This document shows positions 45,899 to 55,926 of a stretch of 64,000 nt of DNA, piece by piece. The translations under genes were made by a program, and so were the position numbers. Location of the stretch: positions 23,531-87,530 of the forward strand of contig JANLWX010000231.1 of NCBI GenBank assembly GCA_031364845.1, written 5' to 3'. This DNA is from Candidatus Eiseniibacteriota bacterium. Lineage in GTDB: Bacteria; Eisenbacteria; RBG-16-71-46. Position 1 is the stretch's first letter. Each line of letters starts with the position of its first letter. The notes under the pieces are model-generated. The model had not been told where the DNA came from, searched no databases, and saw nothing but the letters and a program-made list of their open reading frames with translations.

Positions 45899-48721
45899 TC
45901 ATCGGACCACCACCATGCGACGGGTGAGCGATACGCCGCCCGTGCTCAAACGGTAGAGGTAGACGCCGCTCATGACGCGCTGGCCGGCCGCGTCACGTCC
46001 GTCCCATGTGATGCCATGACGCCCTTCGGCGCGCGGTCCGCGTTCCAGCTCACGCACCAGGCGGCCCTGCAGGTCGAAGATGCGCAGCGTCACGTCCGCC
46101 GCGCGGGGCAGCGTGAACGAAACCGTGGCGGGCGTGCGTGTCGGATTGGGGCGCACCGGAGCGAGCGACACCGAACCCGCATCGATCTCACCCACCGCGA
46201 GCGGACCGGAGATCGTGAAGTCGGCGTTGCTCACGTCGGATCCCGCGTTGAACGCATGGTCGTGGGCGATGACCTGCACGCGGCAGGTGGAAACCATCGG
46301 ACCCGCGACGGTCCACGAATAGCTCCCGCTGTTGGGAACTCCCGCAGCGATCACCGTGGGATACGTCGCTCCGCTGTCGGTCGACAGCAGGATCGACACC
46401 GAATCGATCGGGCTCGTATCGGTCGCACTCCAGGTGATGTTGCGCGTGGATCCGAGCGGCCACGCCTCACCCCCGTCCGGCGCGTTGACCGCGACCACTG
46501 GCGGTGCCGCGTCGACGAACGCGCGCCACATGCTGCGACCGTGCGTGGCGGCGACCAGCCACGAGTTCAGGTTGTCGATCGCGAGATCGTAGACCGCGTT
46601 GGAGGGCATCGACGCTCCCGCCAACTCCCAATGAGCGCCCCCGTCACGCGAGGAGTAAACCCCGAAGTCGGTTCCCAGATAGAGCCGCTCAGGGATGGTG
46701 CGCCAGTCAACGGCAAGAGACAGTCCGCGCAGGAAGCCCGGAAGGTCGCCGGTCGCGTTGGTCCACGTGACGCCGGCGTCGCCGGTCGTCCACACGCGTC
46801 CGCCCGACTGCCCATCAAGGCTCACGTAGGCGCGATCGCTGAAGGCCGGGCCCACCACGATGTCCGTCACCGCCAGCGCCGGCAGCCCGCTGTTGCGGAG
46901 GTTCCACGTCGCTCCCCCGTTGACCGTGACCTGGATGGCGCCATCGCTCCCACCCGCGTAGATCGTTCCGGGATTCGGCCCTCCCGGAGAAACCGTCAGC
47001 GCGCGCAGCACGCCGCTCGGCGTGACCGCGAGATCCGGACTGATCAGGCTCCAGCTGTCGCCGCGATTGAGGCTTTCGTAGACCCGATAGGTTCCCGCGA
47101 GCAGGCGGTTCGGCGTCGCGGGATCGGAGATGAGCGGGCTGTTGCACCAGTCGGCGCGATCGTTGGTGCCCTGCCAGGGTCCCGAGACGTTGGCGTTGAA
47201 CCCCGCGCCGAGCCAGCGATACAGGTTCGTCAGGCGGATGTACGTGGTGTAGTAGTAGCTGGGATCGCTCGATTCGTAGGCGACCGGTCCGCCGTCACCG
47301 GCGATCACTTCCGGCCACGCCAATCCCCCGCTGTACTGCACCGTTCCATTGTCCTGGGTTCCCCCGAGGATCGCGTCCGGATTCGTAGGGTGGATTCCCA
47401 ACGTGTAGAACTGAGCGATGCCGAGCGTGCTGTTGCAGTTGATCCAGTGCGCGCCGAGATCGGTGCTCTTCCATACTCCGCCGTCGTTCGCAACCCACAG
47501 CGTGCCGTCCGGCCCGAACGTGCCGTAGTGTTGATCCGGATGGAGCGTGCTGCCATCGATTCCGGCGGTGATGTCGGTCCACGAGGTGCCGCCGTCGATC
47601 GTCTTGACCACGCCCTGAGTGCCGCCTCCGTACGGATAGACGCCGCCTGCGATACAGATATTGGCGTCGGTCGGCGATACGACGACGAAGTGGTCGTACC
47701 AGCCCTGGCCGCCCAGATAGTTGGGAGCAGCGGTCTGCTTGGTCCAGTTGGTTCCGCCGTTGATCGATTTGTAGAGCCCCTGCAGCGATCCCGAATTCGT
47801 CGCCACGCTCGCATAGAGGATCGAGTTGTTGGTCGGCGCGATCGCGACCTGAACCCGGCCGACGACGCCGGTCGGCAGTCCGCCCGCGAGCTTTGCGAAC
47901 GTCAAGCCGCTGTTGATCGATCGCCATACGCCGCTTCCGTTGCGCGCGACGAACACGCGCGTGGGGTCCGCGGTGCTGATCGCGATGTCGTCACAAGACA
48001 GGCCCGCGAGCGTCGTGGTCCACGTGACGCCGCGGTCCGTGCTGCGGACCACGCCCGAGCTGCTCGTGACGAACACCATGTTGGAATCCGCCGGGTTCAC
48101 CGCGACGCGCGAGATGTAGGAACCTACAACTCCCGCCGAGGCGATCTTGGACCACGTCGCACCGGCATCGAGGCTCCGGAACAAACCGTCCCCATAGAAG
48201 CTGTCTCCGGAGTAGTGCAGCTCGCCGGTTCCGTAGTAGACGACGTTCGGATTCTGCGGATCGAGCGAGACGCAACCCGAAGCGAGCGAGGACAGATGAT
48301 CGGTGAGCGGTGTGAACCCGAGACCGCCATCGGACGTTTTCCACACGCCGCCCTGCGCGGCGGCGATGTAGGCGACGTTGCCGTCGCGCGGATCGACGGC
48401 AATCGACGACACGCGTCCGGACACACTCGCGTAGTTCGCCCAGTAGTCGCCGAGGATGGGATAGGGTCCGAGGAATCCCCACGTCAGAGGTCCCATATCG
48501 AAGCCGAGATCGGGATCGACGGCACCCAGCGCCTGAATCTCGAGACGGCCTGCCGCCCGCCGGTACATCTCTTCGAGCGTGATGCGTTCGGGACCGGTTT
48601 CGCGCTCGCGATCGCCTTCAGCGGTGCGACCGAGCGGCTCGGCGTGAACGGGCAGCGTGAAGAGCAGCATGGCGAGGGCGAACCCCGACCAGCAATGCGA
48701 TGCGAGCGGCCTGCGGGACAT
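45899..48721 (-). CDS. secreted BNR/Asp-box repeat protein (sortilin/Vps10-xyloglucanase-like beta-propeller) with FN3-like domain and Por/T9SS-type C-terminal sorting domain
   Basis: Track ORF 45899..48748. I chose the ATG (MSRRPLASHCWSGFALAMLLFTLPVHA), which gives a signal peptide. There are many S.DGG.TW / S.D.G.TW BNR motifs (KTSDGGLGF, RSLDAGATWS, RSTDRGVTWT, KSINGGTNWT, KTIDGGTSWT, KSTDLGAHW, SLNRGDSWS, VTVNGGATWN, SSRDGGAHWE). The C-terminus RPNPTRTPATVSFTLPRAADVTLRIFDLQGRLVRELERGPRAEGRHGITWDGRDAAGQRVMSGVYLYRLSTGGVSLTRRMVVVR fits the Por_Secre_tail consensus. Confidence 0.75.
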   Translation of the reverse strand: MSRRPLASHCWSGFALAMLLFTLPVHAEPLGRTAEGDRERETGPERITLEEMYRRAAGRLEIQALGAVDPDLGFDMGPLTWGFLGPYPILGDYWANYASVSGRVSSIAVDPRDGNVAYIAAAQGGVWKTSDGGLGFTPLTDHLSSLASGCVSLDPQNPNVVYYGTGELHYSGDSFYGDGLFRSLDAGATWSKIASAGVVGSYISRVAVNPADSNMVFVTSSSGVVRSTDRGVTWTTTLAGLSCDDIAISTADPTRVFVARNGSGVWRSINSGLTFAKLAGGLPTGVVGRVQVAIAPTNNSILYASVATNSGSLQGLYKSINGGTNWTKQTAAPNYLGGQGWYDHFVVVSPTDANICIAGGVYPYGGGTQGVVKTIDGGTSWTDITAGIDGSTLHPDQHYGTFGPDGTLWVANDGGVWKSTDLGAHWINCNSTLGIAQFYTLGIHPTNPDAILGGTQDNGTVQYSGGLAWPEVIAGDGGPVAYESSDPSYYYTTYIRLTNLYRWLGAGFNANVSGPWQGTNDRADWCNSPLISDPATPNRLLAGTYRVYESLNRGDSWSLISPDLAVTPSGVLRALTVSPGGPNPGTIYAGGSDGAIQVTVNGGATWNLRNSGLPALAVTDIVVGPAFSDRAYVSLDGQSGGRVWTTGDAGVTWTNATGDLPGFLRGLSLAVDWRTIPERLYLGTDFGVYSSRDGGAHWELAGASMPSNAVYDLAIDNLNSWLVAATHGRSMWRAFVDAAPPVVAVNAPDGGEAWPLGSTRNITWSATDTSPIDSVSILLSTDSGATYPTVIAAGVPNSGSYSWTVAGPMVSTCRVQVIAHDHAFNAGSDVSNADFTISGPLAVGEIDAGSVSLAPVRPNPTRTPATVSFTLPRAADVTLRIFDLQGRLVRELERGPRAEGRHGITWDGRDAAGQRVMSGVYLYRLSTGGVSLTRRMVVVR

Positions 48722-48943
48722 CGATTCCTCCGGCAGAGTGGGAAGCATTGCGCCCCATCATGGTAGCCGGGGGTTCCCGGACGTGTCCGCGCGTGGGCTG
48801 AAGAATCAGGTGCGCCGCGATTTTACTTCATTCGCGGGCCGCGGGTGGAACCCAAATCGCGCCCCGGCGGCTGGCCGATCGTTCGCCATCGGGAGTACAT
48901 TCCGGGCGTTGCTCCCCCGCCGGATTCCTTTCGAGGAGGCACC

Positions 48944-49297
48944 ATGTCGAGAAACGCCGTGCGTCGTATGGCTCGTGGGTTGTTGTTCGCCACCCTTCTG
49001 CTCGCGGGCTGCAAGGGCGGCGGCGTGACGCCGATCAAGACGCTGCTCGACGATCCCTCCCAGTACGATCACAAGACGGTTCGCATCGCGGGAACGGTCG
49101 AGGAGTCGGCCGGCATTCTCGGATACGGCGGCTATCGCCTGAACGACGGCACCGGCACACTCATGGTGGTGACGAATCAGGGTGGCGCACCTCGGACCGG
49201 TGCGAAGGTCGGAGTCGAAGGCGAGTTCCGCTCGGCGTTCACGCTCGGAACCTCGACGATCGCTGCACTGGTCGAGAAGAAGCGCTACACGCCCTGA
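48944..49297 (+). CDS. small lipoprotein (OB-fold-like)
   Basis: This is the 3' part of track ORF 48845..49297. I chose the ATG at 48944, preceded by GAGGAGG, which gives MSRNAVRRMARGLLFATLLLAGCKGGG with an LLAGC lipobox. Confidence 0.5.
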   Translation: MSRNAVRRMARGLLFATLLLAGCKGGGVTPIKTLLDDPSQYDHKTVRIAGTVEESAGILGYGGYRLNDGTGTLMVVTNQGGAPRTGAKVGVEGEFRSAFTLGTSTIAALVEKKRYTP

Positions 49298-49343
49298 GTC
49301 CTTCACTCGCCGGCGTCCGGCTCGCCGGACGCGGCGAGTCTCG

Positions 49344-50552
49344 ATGACCTCCACGATCCCCACCGCAGATCCTCGCGAGCGCTGGCGCATCCTCGGCGTG
49401 CTGGCCATCGCCGAACTGCTCGGCATGTCGTTGTGGTTCGCGCCGAACGCGGTGCGCGACGTGCTCGGCGCGCGATGGGCGCTCGATGCCGGGCAGCTCG
49501 GGATGCTGACCACCGCCGTCCAGCTCGGCTTCGTGGCCGGTACGGCGACCGCCGCGACGCTCAACCTCGCCGACCTGTGGCCGTCGCGGTACTACCTCGC
49601 GGGTTCGGCACTGCTCGCGAGTGCTGCGAACCTCGCGTTGCTCCCTGCTCCGGGATTCGGCGTCGCGTTGTTCGCGCGGTTCTTCACGGGCTTCTTCCTT
49701 GCAGGCGTGTATCCGCCCGGCATGAAGATGACCGCCACCTGGTTTCAGAGCGGACGCGGGCTCGCGATCGGGATCATGGTGGGCGCTCTGGGAGTCGGAA
49801 AAGCCATGCCCTACCTGGTTCATGCGATCGGCACGCCCAGCGTCGAATTCGTGATCGTGACCACGTCACTGGGTGCGCTGCTCGCCGGAATCCTCGTCGC
49901 GGCGCTCTATCGTGACGGTCCGTTTCCGTTCGAGCGGCGGCCGTTCGACCTGCGCCTGGTTGCGACCGTGCTGCGCCATCGCGAAACCCGCCTCGCGACT
50001 GCGGGATATCTCGGCCACATGTGGGAGCTGTACGCGATGTGGACGTGGATCCCCGCGTTTCTTGCCGCGAGCTTCGCCCATTCCCCGGGCTTCGCATCAC
50101 CACACGCCGCCGACCTCGCGACCTTCGCAGCACTCGCGTCCGGCGCGATCGGCTGCGTATGGGGCGGCATCGCCGCGCGCCGGCTCGGCTACGCGCGCGT
50201 GGTCACGATCTCGATGGCGGCGAGCGGTGTGTGCGCGCTCGCGATCGGACTCCTGTTCGGCGCGAGCCCGTGGCTCGTGATCGCGGCGGTTTGCGTATGG
50301 GGATTCTTCGTGGTCGCGGACTCCGCACAGTTCAGCGCCATGGTCACCGAAGTCGCGCCGCGCCATGCGGTCGGCACTGCGCTCACGCTGCAGACCTCGA
50401 TGGGATTCCTGCTCACGACCGTGACGATCGCGCTCGTCCCGATGCTGGTGGAAGCGATCGGATGGCGCTGGGCGTTCGTCGTGCTGGCGCTGGGGCCCGC
50501 GTTCGGCATCACGGCGATCGCGCGGCTCGGGGTCGGAACGAAGCGCCCCTGA
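49344..50552 (+). CDS. MFS transporter
   Basis: Track ORF 49182..50552. I chose the internal ATG at 49344 (MTSTIPTADPRERWRILGVLAIAELLGMSLWF...). It has 12 predicted TM segments and the MFS loop motif GFFLAGVYPPG. Confidence 0.8.
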   Translation: MTSTIPTADPRERWRILGVLAIAELLGMSLWFAPNAVRDVLGARWALDAGQLGMLTTAVQLGFVAGTATAATLNLADLWPSRYYLAGSALLASAANLALLPAPGFGVALFARFFTGFFLAGVYPPGMKMTATWFQSGRGLAIGIMVGALGVGKAMPYLVHAIGTPSVEFVIVTTSLGALLAGILVAALYRDGPFPFERRPFDLRLVATVLRHRETRLATAGYLGHMWELYAMWTWIPAFLAASFAHSPGFASPHAADLATFAALASGAIGCVWGGIAARRLGYARVVTISMAASGVCALAIGLLFGASPWLVIAAVCVWGFFVVADSAQFSAMVTEVAPRHAVGTALTLQTSMGFLLTTVTIALVPMLVEAIGWRWAFVVLALGPAFGITAIARLGVGTKRP

Positions 50553-50554
50553 TA

Positions 50555-52405
50555 TCAGATGTGTGACGCGAGCAGCTCCCGCCCACGCGCCGCGACCGCT
50601 TCGACGACCAGATCGAAGTCCTCGCGCCGGCTGCGATGGTTGACGATCGCGGCCCGCATTGCGTAACGGCCGTTCAGCATCGTCGAAGTCAGCACCGCGA
50701 TGCCGCGCTCCTGAAGATCGATCAGGATCGTCTCGTTGAGCGCGTTGAGCCGCTGCTCGTCGAGGCCGTCCGCCCGGAACCGGAACACCGCGATGTTGAG
50801 CTCGACCGGCGCCATCAGTTCGAGATCGGGATGGTGCCCGACCTGTTCCGCGAGATACTGAGCCTGGGCCGCGTTCTGCTCGATCAATTGCGCGTAGCGG
50901 CGCACGCCGTGCTCCTTGAGCGACATCCATACTTTGAGCGCGCGGAAGCCGCGCGAAAGCTGCATGCCGTAATCGCTGAACCACACCGACCCGCCCGAGG
51001 TCCCGCGCGTCGCGTGCGTGAGGTAGTCGGCCGGTGACACGAATGCATTGCGATGTTGTGCCGCGTCGCGCACCAGCACGCAGCCGGCTTCGTACGGCAT
51101 GTACATCCACTTGTGCAGATCGAACGCGAGCGAGTCGGCGCGTTCCATGCCGCGCACCTTGTGACGCAGCTGTGGTGACAACGCCGCCAGCGCGCCGAAC
51201 GCGCCGTCGACGTGGAACCACAGATCTTCCGTCCGGCACAGATCGGCGAGGCGTTCGAGATCGTCGACCGCACCGGTGTTGACGGTCCCGGCATTGCCGA
51301 CCACGCAGAACGGATGCAATCCCGCGGCACGATCGGAGCGGATCGCCTCGACAAGTGCGCCGTGGTCGATCTTGAACGCCGCGTCCACCGGCACCACACG
51401 CACGCCCGCGCGTCCCAGTCCGAGCAGTGCCGCGGCCTTCTTCACCGAGTTGTGCACCTCGCTCGACGCGTAGAGCACCATCGGACGCGGTGCCGCCGCG
51501 AGCCCGCGCTCTCCGACCGCGACCTCGGCGCGCGCATCGCGCGCCACTGCGAGCCCGACGAAGTTCGCCATCGAGCCGCCGCTCACGAGGATGCCGCTCG
51601 AGGCTTCGGGGTATCCGAGCATCTGCTTGCACCAGTCGAGCACCTGGACTTCGACATGAGGTGCGGCGTGCTCGGCGCCGCCAACGTTGGGATTCATGGT
51701 CGCCGCGAGGTATTCGCTCAAAGCGCCCATCGGAGTTCCGGTTCCGATCACCCACCCCCAGAACCGCGGGTGGATGTTGCCGAGCGGATACGGCAGCACG
51801 AAGCGCTGGAAGTCCTGGTAAGCGCGCTCAGCGCCTTGCGGCTCGAGCGGCAGCGGCGAACGCAGGGCATCGAGTGCTTCGGCCGACAGCGGCTGCCACG
51901 CCGGCCGCTCTCGGACGGTGGCGAGATAGGTGACCATATCGTCGACCGCGCGATGCGCGAGCGCGCGGAACGCGTCCCAGTCCGCCGGGTCGAGGGTGAT
52001 TTCGGTCGCGGAGTGCGCGGGCATGGTGTGAGATTCAACCGGGCGGTTCACCGTCCAGGCCTCTCGTGATGCGCGAAGGGCGCCGATCACTCCCCCGCGC
52101 GGTCTGTTCGGCTCGTCGATCGAGGAATCAAGATAGTCGAATCCGCGCGTCCGTCGTACTGAACATCCCCGTGAAACTTCCGCAACCGGGGGTGGTTCGA
52201 TCCGCGGAGTCTCGATCTCGGGCTCGCGGATTGGCGCCGGATCGGGTTTTGGCTCCTCGACCGGCCACGAAGTGCCCGGCTCTTTCATCGGAGGCTTCCG
52301 GCCCGGCTCACGGATAGGAGCGTGATCCGACCGCCCGGGTTCAACCGTTTCCGACTCCCCGTTCCGTGAGCCCGCTCGCGTGTTCCGGTTCGTACGCATG
52401 GTCAT
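50555..52405 (-). CDS. PLP-dependent group II decarboxylase (aromatic-L-amino-acid/tyrosine decarboxylase-like) with ~127-aa Pro-rich N-terminal extension
   Basis: Track ORF 616 aa. The decarboxylase core starts near MPAHSATEITLD... and includes the PLP-lysine motif FDLHKWMYMPYEAG. The long form has a strong SD (GGGGGAGG) immediately before its ATG pair at 52399-52405. There is no SD before the internal ATG at ~52024. The extension carries PIREP repeats. Confidence 0.8.
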   Translation of the reverse strand: MTMRTNRNTRAGSRNGESETVEPGRSDHAPIREPGRKPPMKEPGTSWPVEEPKPDPAPIREPEIETPRIEPPPVAEVSRGCSVRRTRGFDYLDSSIDEPNRPRGGVIGALRASREAWTVNRPVESHTMPAHSATEITLDPADWDAFRALAHRAVDDMVTYLATVRERPAWQPLSAEALDALRSPLPLEPQGAERAYQDFQRFVLPYPLGNIHPRFWGWVIGTGTPMGALSEYLAATMNPNVGGAEHAAPHVEVQVLDWCKQMLGYPEASSGILVSGGSMANFVGLAVARDARAEVAVGERGLAAAPRPMVLYASSEVHNSVKKAAALLGLGRAGVRVVPVDAAFKIDHGALVEAIRSDRAAGLHPFCVVGNAGTVNTGAVDDLERLADLCRTEDLWFHVDGAFGALAALSPQLRHKVRGMERADSLAFDLHKWMYMPYEAGCVLVRDAAQHRNAFVSPADYLTHATRGTSGGSVWFSDYGMQLSRGFRALKVWMSLKEHGVRRYAQLIEQNAAQAQYLAEQVGHHPDLELMAPVELNIAVFRFRADGLDEQRLNALNETILIDLQERGIAVLTSTMLNGRYAMRAAIVNHRSRREDFDLVVEAVAARGRELLASHI

Positions 52406-52551
52406 TTGCCTCCCCCCATGTCCCTTACGTTCATGCGGCGCGTGACTTGCAAAGGCGTAATGCAGGGCGCACGCCAGCGCTAATTCTGATCGGAGTCGCG
52501 AAGGCCTCGTGTGAGGGTTGATTTCTTCTCAACTTACATCCCAATAGGTGC

Positions 52552-53343
52552 TTGCGCATGCATGTCAACGTTTCGATGGAACCATCGGTCCCCCGCGCCG
52601 GTGGTCCACGTGTGCACATTCAACGGGGACTCCCACACCCAGAATTACCAGAGACGTCCCTCCGGGCAGTACGCCGGGCGGTCATCTTCGACATCGACGG
52701 TACTTTGGTGGACAGCAACGACGCTCACGCCTTTGCATGGGTCGATGCGCTCAAGGCTTCGGGATTCGCCATCGCGTTCCCACGGGTTCGTTCACTGATG
52801 GGAATGGGACCGGAGAAGTTGCTGCCCGAACTCGCCGGGATCACGCTCACGAGTGCAATCGGGCGCCGGATCCATCAGGCGCGCGGGGAATTCTTCGAAT
52901 CCCGGTATCTCCGAACGATCCGGCCCTTCGCGCGAGCGCGGGAACTCGTGCTACGGATCCTCGACGCGGGTTTCGTGCCGGCGGTAATCAGCCACTCGAA
53001 CCATGATCATGTCGATCGGCTGCTGATGTTGGCGGAGGTCGCCAGCCTGCTGAAACTACGCATTCTATCGGAGTCCTCCCCTGCGTCGCGGCCCCTGTCG
53101 GAGCTCATGTTTTTCTCGCTCCAGGCGCTGGGAGTCACGGCCGCGAGTGCCGTCGCCGTCGGAGCCACGCCCCATGGCATCGCCGCAGCGCAACGCGCCG
53201 GCGTGAGCGCGATCGCGTTGCGCTGCGGCGGATGGGACGACCACGAGCTGACGGGAGCGGCGGCCGTGTATCAGGACGCCGCAGAACTTTTGTCACGATT
53301 CGACGACTCGATGCTTTCGGGTCAAGCTTATAAGGAGAGCTAG
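52552..53343 (+). CDS. HAD-superfamily hydrolase (phosphoglycolate phosphatase-like)
   Basis: Track ORF 263 aa with HAD motif I VIFDIDGTLVDS, a motif II Ser/Thr, and a late GATPHGIAAAQRAGV region. The true start may be a downstream Met. Confidence 0.7.
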   Translation: MRMHVNVSMEPSVPRAGGPRVHIQRGLPHPELPETSLRAVRRAVIFDIDGTLVDSNDAHAFAWVDALKASGFAIAFPRVRSLMGMGPEKLLPELAGITLTSAIGRRIHQARGEFFESRYLRTIRPFARARELVLRILDAGFVPAVISHSNHDHVDRLLMLAEVASLLKLRILSESSPASRPLSELMFFSLQALGVTAASAVAVGATPHGIAAAQRAGVSAIALRCGGWDDHELTGAAAVYQDAAELLSRFDDSMLSGQAYKES

Positions 53344-53603
53344 TGTCCATCTCAGGGAAAGTCATGCACGACTCGACGTTTATACGTGAATTATCGCCAG
53401 AGGAGCGCGCGATCGCGGTCCGTTCCCGAACGGGTGACCTGATGCCTGACGGTTCGGTGCTGTTGAAGAGCCCGGACATGGATCGCATGGGCCTGCGGGC
53501 GTTACGCGAGTGGATCGATCAGAAGATCGTGCGCGAGCACACGACGATCGCCCTCGGCACGCTGTCAGCGCTGCGGCAGGCGACGCGCGACGAGATCGTG
53601 TGA
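53343..53603 (+). CDS. small hypothetical protein
   Basis: Track ORF 86 aa with a GTG start overlapping the HAD stop. Its composition is not artefact-like. It overlaps the 3' end of the convergent YihY gene by ~40 nt. Confidence 0.3.
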   Translation: MSISGKVMHDSTFIRELSPEERAIAVRSRTGDLMPDGSVLLKSPDMDRMGLRALREWIDQKIVREHTTIALGTLSALRQATRDEIV

Positions 53604-54515
53604 TGCTGCTTCGGCGAGCGGAACGTTCGGAGGCGCCGGCCCGCGCGCTGCAGGCGGCGTGACGACGACCTTGGGTTCCGCACGGCGCCGGACGAGTTCC
53701 TCGCACACGCTCGACATCTCGGCGCCGATCAAAAGAATCATCGCCGACAGGTAGACCCACAACAGGAACAGCATGACGGTTCCGAGTGCCCCGTAGAGCA
53801 GCTCGACCTGGCTCCAGTTGGCGACGTACCAGGTGAACCCGTGCTTCGCGAGCTCGAACAGAAGCGTGGCCACGAGCGCCCCGGGCCACACGTCACGGAA
53901 GCCATGCCGGACATTCGGCACGTAGCGGTAGAGAAACAGCAGCGCGACGAAAGAGATCAGCGCCGGAAAGGCGAAGGCGGCGGCACGCCACATCAAGTCG
54001 ACCGTCGCCGAATGACCGCCCGTCACGATCACGCTCGCATTGCGCAGCGAGTGCAGCGCGATCGTTCCGGAAATCGAGATCGCGATCAGCAGCCCGAGCC
54101 CGACGACCGCGGCCAGATCGAGCAGATGCTGACGCACGAGGCTTCGCCCGCGCCGGATGCCCCACGCGAGATTCAAGGAATCGCGGATCGTCCCGAACAG
54201 TCCGAGAGCGGGCCACAGGAGCCCGATGATTCCGAGGATCGTGAGCGGCGCGCTCGCATTGCTCACCGCGCGCAGCGAGTCGATCACGAGCCCGGCCTTG
54301 ATCGGGACATTCGCGAGAACGCCTTCGAGCACGCGCTGCTGGATCTGGGGGACGCGGATCATGAATCCGAAAGTCGCGATCAGGAGCGCGACGATCGGGA
54401 TCACCGAGAACAGAACGTGGTAGGCGATCGCGGCCGCCATCTGCGGGCACCGATCTGCGAGGAATTCGCGCGCGGTGCGTCGCAGGATCGTGGCAGTGGT
54501 CGAGAGGATGCTCAT
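53565..54515 (-). CDS. YihY/BrkB family inner membrane protein
   Basis: Track ORF 316 aa with motifs AAAIAYHVLFSVIPIVALLIA and LYGALGTVMLFLLWVYLSAMILLIGAE, diagnostic of the YihY family. Confidence 0.75.
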   Translation of the reverse strand: MSILSTTATILRRTAREFLADRCPQMAAAIAYHVLFSVIPIVALLIATFGFMIRVPQIQQRVLEGVLANVPIKAGLVIDSLRAVSNASAPLTILGIIGLLWPALGLFGTIRDSLNLAWGIRRGRSLVRQHLLDLAAVVGLGLLIAISISGTIALHSLRNASVIVTGGHSATVDLMWRAAAFAFPALISFVALLFLYRYVPNVRHGFRDVWPGALVATLLFELAKHGFTWYVANWSQVELLYGALGTVMLFLLWVYLSAMILLIGAEMSSVCEELVRRRAEPKVVVTPPAARGPAPPNVPLAEAASHDLVARRLPQR

Positions 54516-55522
54516 GACCTGGTCCCCGGGCGGACCAGGGCGAGCAGGGCGCGCTCACTTCGCGCGAGTCCGCGGCCGCTGCCGCGCGTGATCGCCTCGG
54601 TGCTCGCGAAGTAACTTCGAGTCGGCAAGCCGCGCGCGTGTCGCTCGAGCAGCACGTCGAAGATATAGGACGCGCGGCATACGGCCGGAGTGTTGCCGAG
54701 GTGGCAGGCCACGTCGCGGACGGCGGCCGTGATCTGACGGCGGCGCTCGCGCGGCGAATCGGCCGGGGGCGTCTTCGCGAGCGCGCATGCGCACAGGAGA
54801 TTCGCCGCCCACGTCCGGAAATCCTTCGCGCTGAACGCCTCTCCCATGATCGCCTTGATGTACGCGTTGATGTGCGAAGCCCGCACGTCGATCATCGCGC
54901 CGGTGTCATCGCGAAATTTGAAGACCTCGCCCGGAAAGCGCATCAGCTCCCGCACCAGACGTGCGACGCGGCGATGACGCAATTCGCGCTGATGCCGCTG
55001 TCGCGACTTGCCCATGAAATCGAATCTTACGAACTCGCCCGCCGTGGAAACATGGCGCCGGCCGAGCGTGGCGATTCCATAACTACCGTTCTGGCTCGCA
55101 TACTGTTCGCTCCCCGGTCGCATGAAGCACGTGCTCAGAATCGTGAGAATTCCCGCGAGCACCTTTTCGCGCGGCAGTCCCGGAAGCGCGAGATCGCGGC
55201 GCACCGCTCTTCGCATGCTCGGAAGTGCTTCGAGAAAACGCGCGAGGCGCTGTTGCTTGCTCCGTTCACGTCGCGCGACGTGGGCGCGATGATACAGGTA
55301 TTGCCAGCGGCCCGCGGCGTCGAGCCCCGCCGCCTGCACGCGTGATCGCGGCGATGGATGGATGGCGACGTCGGTCCAGGCCGGCGGAATGCGCAGCGCG
55401 TCGATTCGTTCGCGATCGGAGCGCGCGACACCCTTCCCATCCGCGCGGCGATAACGAAAGCCGCGCCGGGGCGAGCCTAATCGGCGAATCCCGGATCCCT
55501 GCAACCGTTCGATGATCGTCAT
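54512..55522 (-). CDS. DNA topoisomerase IB (poxvirus-type, bacterial TopIB)
   Basis: Track ORF 54512..55549. I chose the internal ATG (MTIIERLQGSGIRRLG...). Motifs DFRTWAAN and HLGNTPAVCRASYI (the catalytic Tyr in a CRASY context) match the bacterial TopIB catalytic pentad region. Confidence 0.7.
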   Translation of the reverse strand: MTIIERLQGSGIRRLGSPRRGFRYRRADGKGVARSDRERIDALRIPPAWTDVAIHPSPRSRVQAAGLDAAGRWQYLYHRAHVARRERSKQQRLARFLEALPSMRRAVRRDLALPGLPREKVLAGILTILSTCFMRPGSEQYASQNGSYGIATLGRRHVSTAGEFVRFDFMGKSRQRHQRELRHRRVARLVRELMRFPGEVFKFRDDTGAMIDVRASHINAYIKAIMGEAFSAKDFRTWAANLLCACALAKTPPADSPRERRRQITAAVRDVACHLGNTPAVCRASYIFDVLLERHARGLPTRSYFASTEAITRGSGRGLARSERALLALVRPGTRS

Positions 55523-55926
55523 GGCGCCCTCGCGAGTGCGCCGGCCCACAATCGGGAGGATCGTGCTTCGACGCGTGTTCTTGCGCCCCGGCGCGGGGCC
55601 CGGACGATGACATGGAAATCACATCTCGCAGACTACAGCACGGTATGTGCCACTGCGATTCATTGGCATTGCGGCCTCAGCACGTCGAATCCACGCCTGC
55701 AGAGCCTTCGCCGCTGGCTGGACGCACACCGGCGAATGAAAAATCTGCCCGTGCGATGTAAGCCGGCGCAGTCCCGGCAGCGGTCAGAGTCCGCTCTCCG
55801 ATGAAAAACCCGGGGAAACACACGGCGAGCCTGACCTGATGGCTGGCATGGAAGCTGCGAAACCGTGCGGCATTCGAGGTCCTTTCAGATCGTCATCGCA
55901 CGACATCCAACCGAGGGAGCCACACC

